From: Hamiltosporidium tvaerminnensis FI-OER-3-3
Lineage: Eukaryota > Fungi > Microsporidia
NCBI GenBank assembly: GCA_022605425.2
Contig: CM061246.1
Coordinates: 1,054,001 to 1,118,000 of the forward strand
Length of the DNA: 64,000 nt
Reading direction: 5' to 3'
In this document: piece by piece, positions 61,901-64,000 of the stretch
Layout: each line of letters begins with the position of its first letter
Position numbering within the stretch: position 1 is the stretch's first letter
Translations under genes and position numbers: made by a program
Notes under the pieces: generated by a model
Database searches by the model: none
What the model saw: the letters and a program-made list of their open reading frames with translations, nothing else
What the model was told of the DNA's origin: nothing

Positions 61901-64000
61901 TATTTAAAATTATTTATTTTTGTTGTTAATACAATGGTATCATAAGGCCTAGATTAGCATTTATGTTTACATGACGTAATACTACTTTATGTTTCTGAAA
62001 AAATGGATGTAGCTGTTTTTTGAATTTTGGACGACTCTTCGTTTTCTTTTTTAAATTATAATCCAATCATTCTTTATATATCTTTGGTAAATTGAGTTGC
62101 TCCAAAATTTCTTATTCATGAAATTTCAGATATTATTTTAAATGGTTTCAAATTCAGTTTTAATCATATATCTTAATCTAATTTTTAATAATAAATTCAA
62201 TTATAATCTTGTTGAATGTCTTAATTCAATAAAAAATGTTTATAATTATTTTTGCATTGTACATTAATACCCATTTCAATCATGAAATCTTGCAAAATTT
62301 AGGGCATAGTTTGCAAAGTGAAATTTTTATAATTTGTCAAATTAATAATAATTTAAGACTCTTTGTTCAATCTTTAAATTACTTTTCATTGATTTTATTT
62401 CTATCTTTATTTGCTTATACTAAATGATAAATCTTAATTTTGCAGAAGGGTATATTTACAGTTATAATTGCCATTATTCAATTTTTATTTTATTTTATTA
62501 AGTGCAAACGTTATGGTTTTATTTTTTCTTTTGTTGCAAAGATAATAAATAAGAATTTATATTAATGTGTATTCATTTCGTTATTACTTTTTTTCAATTT
62601 TAAATTTCTCTGCATTTTGAATTTTTTAACTCGAAAACTTTTGATTAATACAATTCGAAATAAACTAATAAGGTTTTTATCTGTAAATAAACATTCAATT
62701 GTAGATATATCTGAATACTTACATTTGTAATTTTTATTTTGCGCAATATATAATCTAGTATGCCTTATATTTTTTCTAACTTTAGACGGGTTTGTATTAT
62801 ACTTTTTACGCCAAATATTTTTCTTTTTCATAGGTTTATATTGTTTTTTTTTGAACATTCTAAGTTCTTAAAATATCATTTATATTGTTAAAAAATGAAA
62901 TAAGTTTAAACTAGAATTTTTCTTGCTTTTATATATAAAAAAGATCTTCTATAAGTTTTTTTATACATATCATATTATAAGCTAATTACTAGTCGCATCT
63001 TTTCAAATTTATTTCTAATTTTTCTAATTTACGCAAAGAATTTACCCGATAAATTATTTTATACATAATTTATGCCTCTATTGATTCTTCTTTAATTCTT
63101 TTATATTTAAAAAAAATTTAGTTACATTTTTCATTTAAAGAAACTTTTTTTAATTAAAATAAAATATATGACTTTAAATTTCTTCGATATTCCGACTTAA
63201 TTGGCAAGAGTTTCTAATTGAAAATATAACAAATCTATTTCGTGATTATTAAAAACGTTCTCTGTTTTTAAAATATCTCTATTTTGCTATCAAAAACTGA
63301 ATTTTTTAATTTACATACTCTCTAATCCACATAACTTAATAAAAAAAAATATTTTATTCTTTCTAGATTTGAATATTTAGTCTGGCTTGTAAATATAAAC
63401 GTAAATAAAATAGAAGCCTGCCCGTTAAAACGCAATGGTTATAAAGTTTCCATTTATTCTTTCTGAATGTTTCACTACGCTTAAACTTACAAAAAACGTT
63501 ATTAGTATAAGCATAAGTTTATAAGTATCAACCTTTTAAATATTTGGCCATAAGGCTATAATTTTTTGGCAAATATGTTTTCGAATTGATTTGTGACTAT
63601 ATAAAATGTAATTCTTGTTTCCAAAAGATTTACGAGCCCGTGTCAAATTTAAAATTTTGGCTCGAAATTTTAAGGTAACGCTTCAAAGATATGAATTTAG
63701 GCAATATATACCGAATTAAGAGCTAGAATATGTATTTAACTGTCTCGGGTATATCATTCTCGAATATTCTTGTGATAATCTATTTTAATGAATTTTTGAA
63801 ACATAAATAAGCTTAATATAAAAACTACGGCTTTTTCTGCTCAAATGAATCTCATAATTGCTGCAATACCTACAAGAAAACTATCGAAATTCAGCCTAGA
63901 CAAACAATTTGCAATATCCAATAATACAGGCATAATCATATCTGGCCACTTGTTTTTTGCGTAAAAAAAACAAAAATATTAAGGGTTTTGTTTTTCAAAA

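Noticed and set aside
24265-62858. Short ORFs of 60-118 aa in the gene desert as real genes
   Set aside because: Many have non-ATG starts, none has a recognisable domain, and such lengths can arise by chance or from relics.

Overview
Very AT-rich eukaryotic DNA, most consistent with a large-genome, transposon-rich microsporidian (Hamiltosporidium-like). This is inferred from intronless genes, CCC motifs just upstream of the ATGs, low-complexity protein inserts and the TE content. The first ~24 kb holds four intact genes: a cytosolic-type isoleucyl-tRNA synthetase expanded to 1570 aa by coding minisatellites, a short CDC5/Cef1 Myb splicing factor, a coiled-coil protein and an Integrator subunit 9 (INTS9)-like beta-CASP protein. 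It also holds one stop-disrupted pseudogene and five copies of an R4/Dong-like restriction-like-endonuclease (RLE) non-LTR retrotransposon at different stages of decay. A ~240-nt bipartite RTE-derived SINE-like element occurs twice (17.1 and 38.7 kb). The last 40 kb has no intact gene, only eroded relics, including a Ty3/Gypsy pol. The most unusual observations are: (i) unrelated tandem duplications share a 77-78 nt (and 39 nt) period and copy gene ends or flanks; (ii) a GC-rich, hairpin-dense ~640-nt island is bracketed by a ~40-nt direct repeat that is also a retrotransposon target; (iii) a GGGTGTTA/CACCC-cored minisatellite is read in both orientations inside proteins; (iv) an INTS9 homologue is retained. 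All calls were made by eye, with no database searches.
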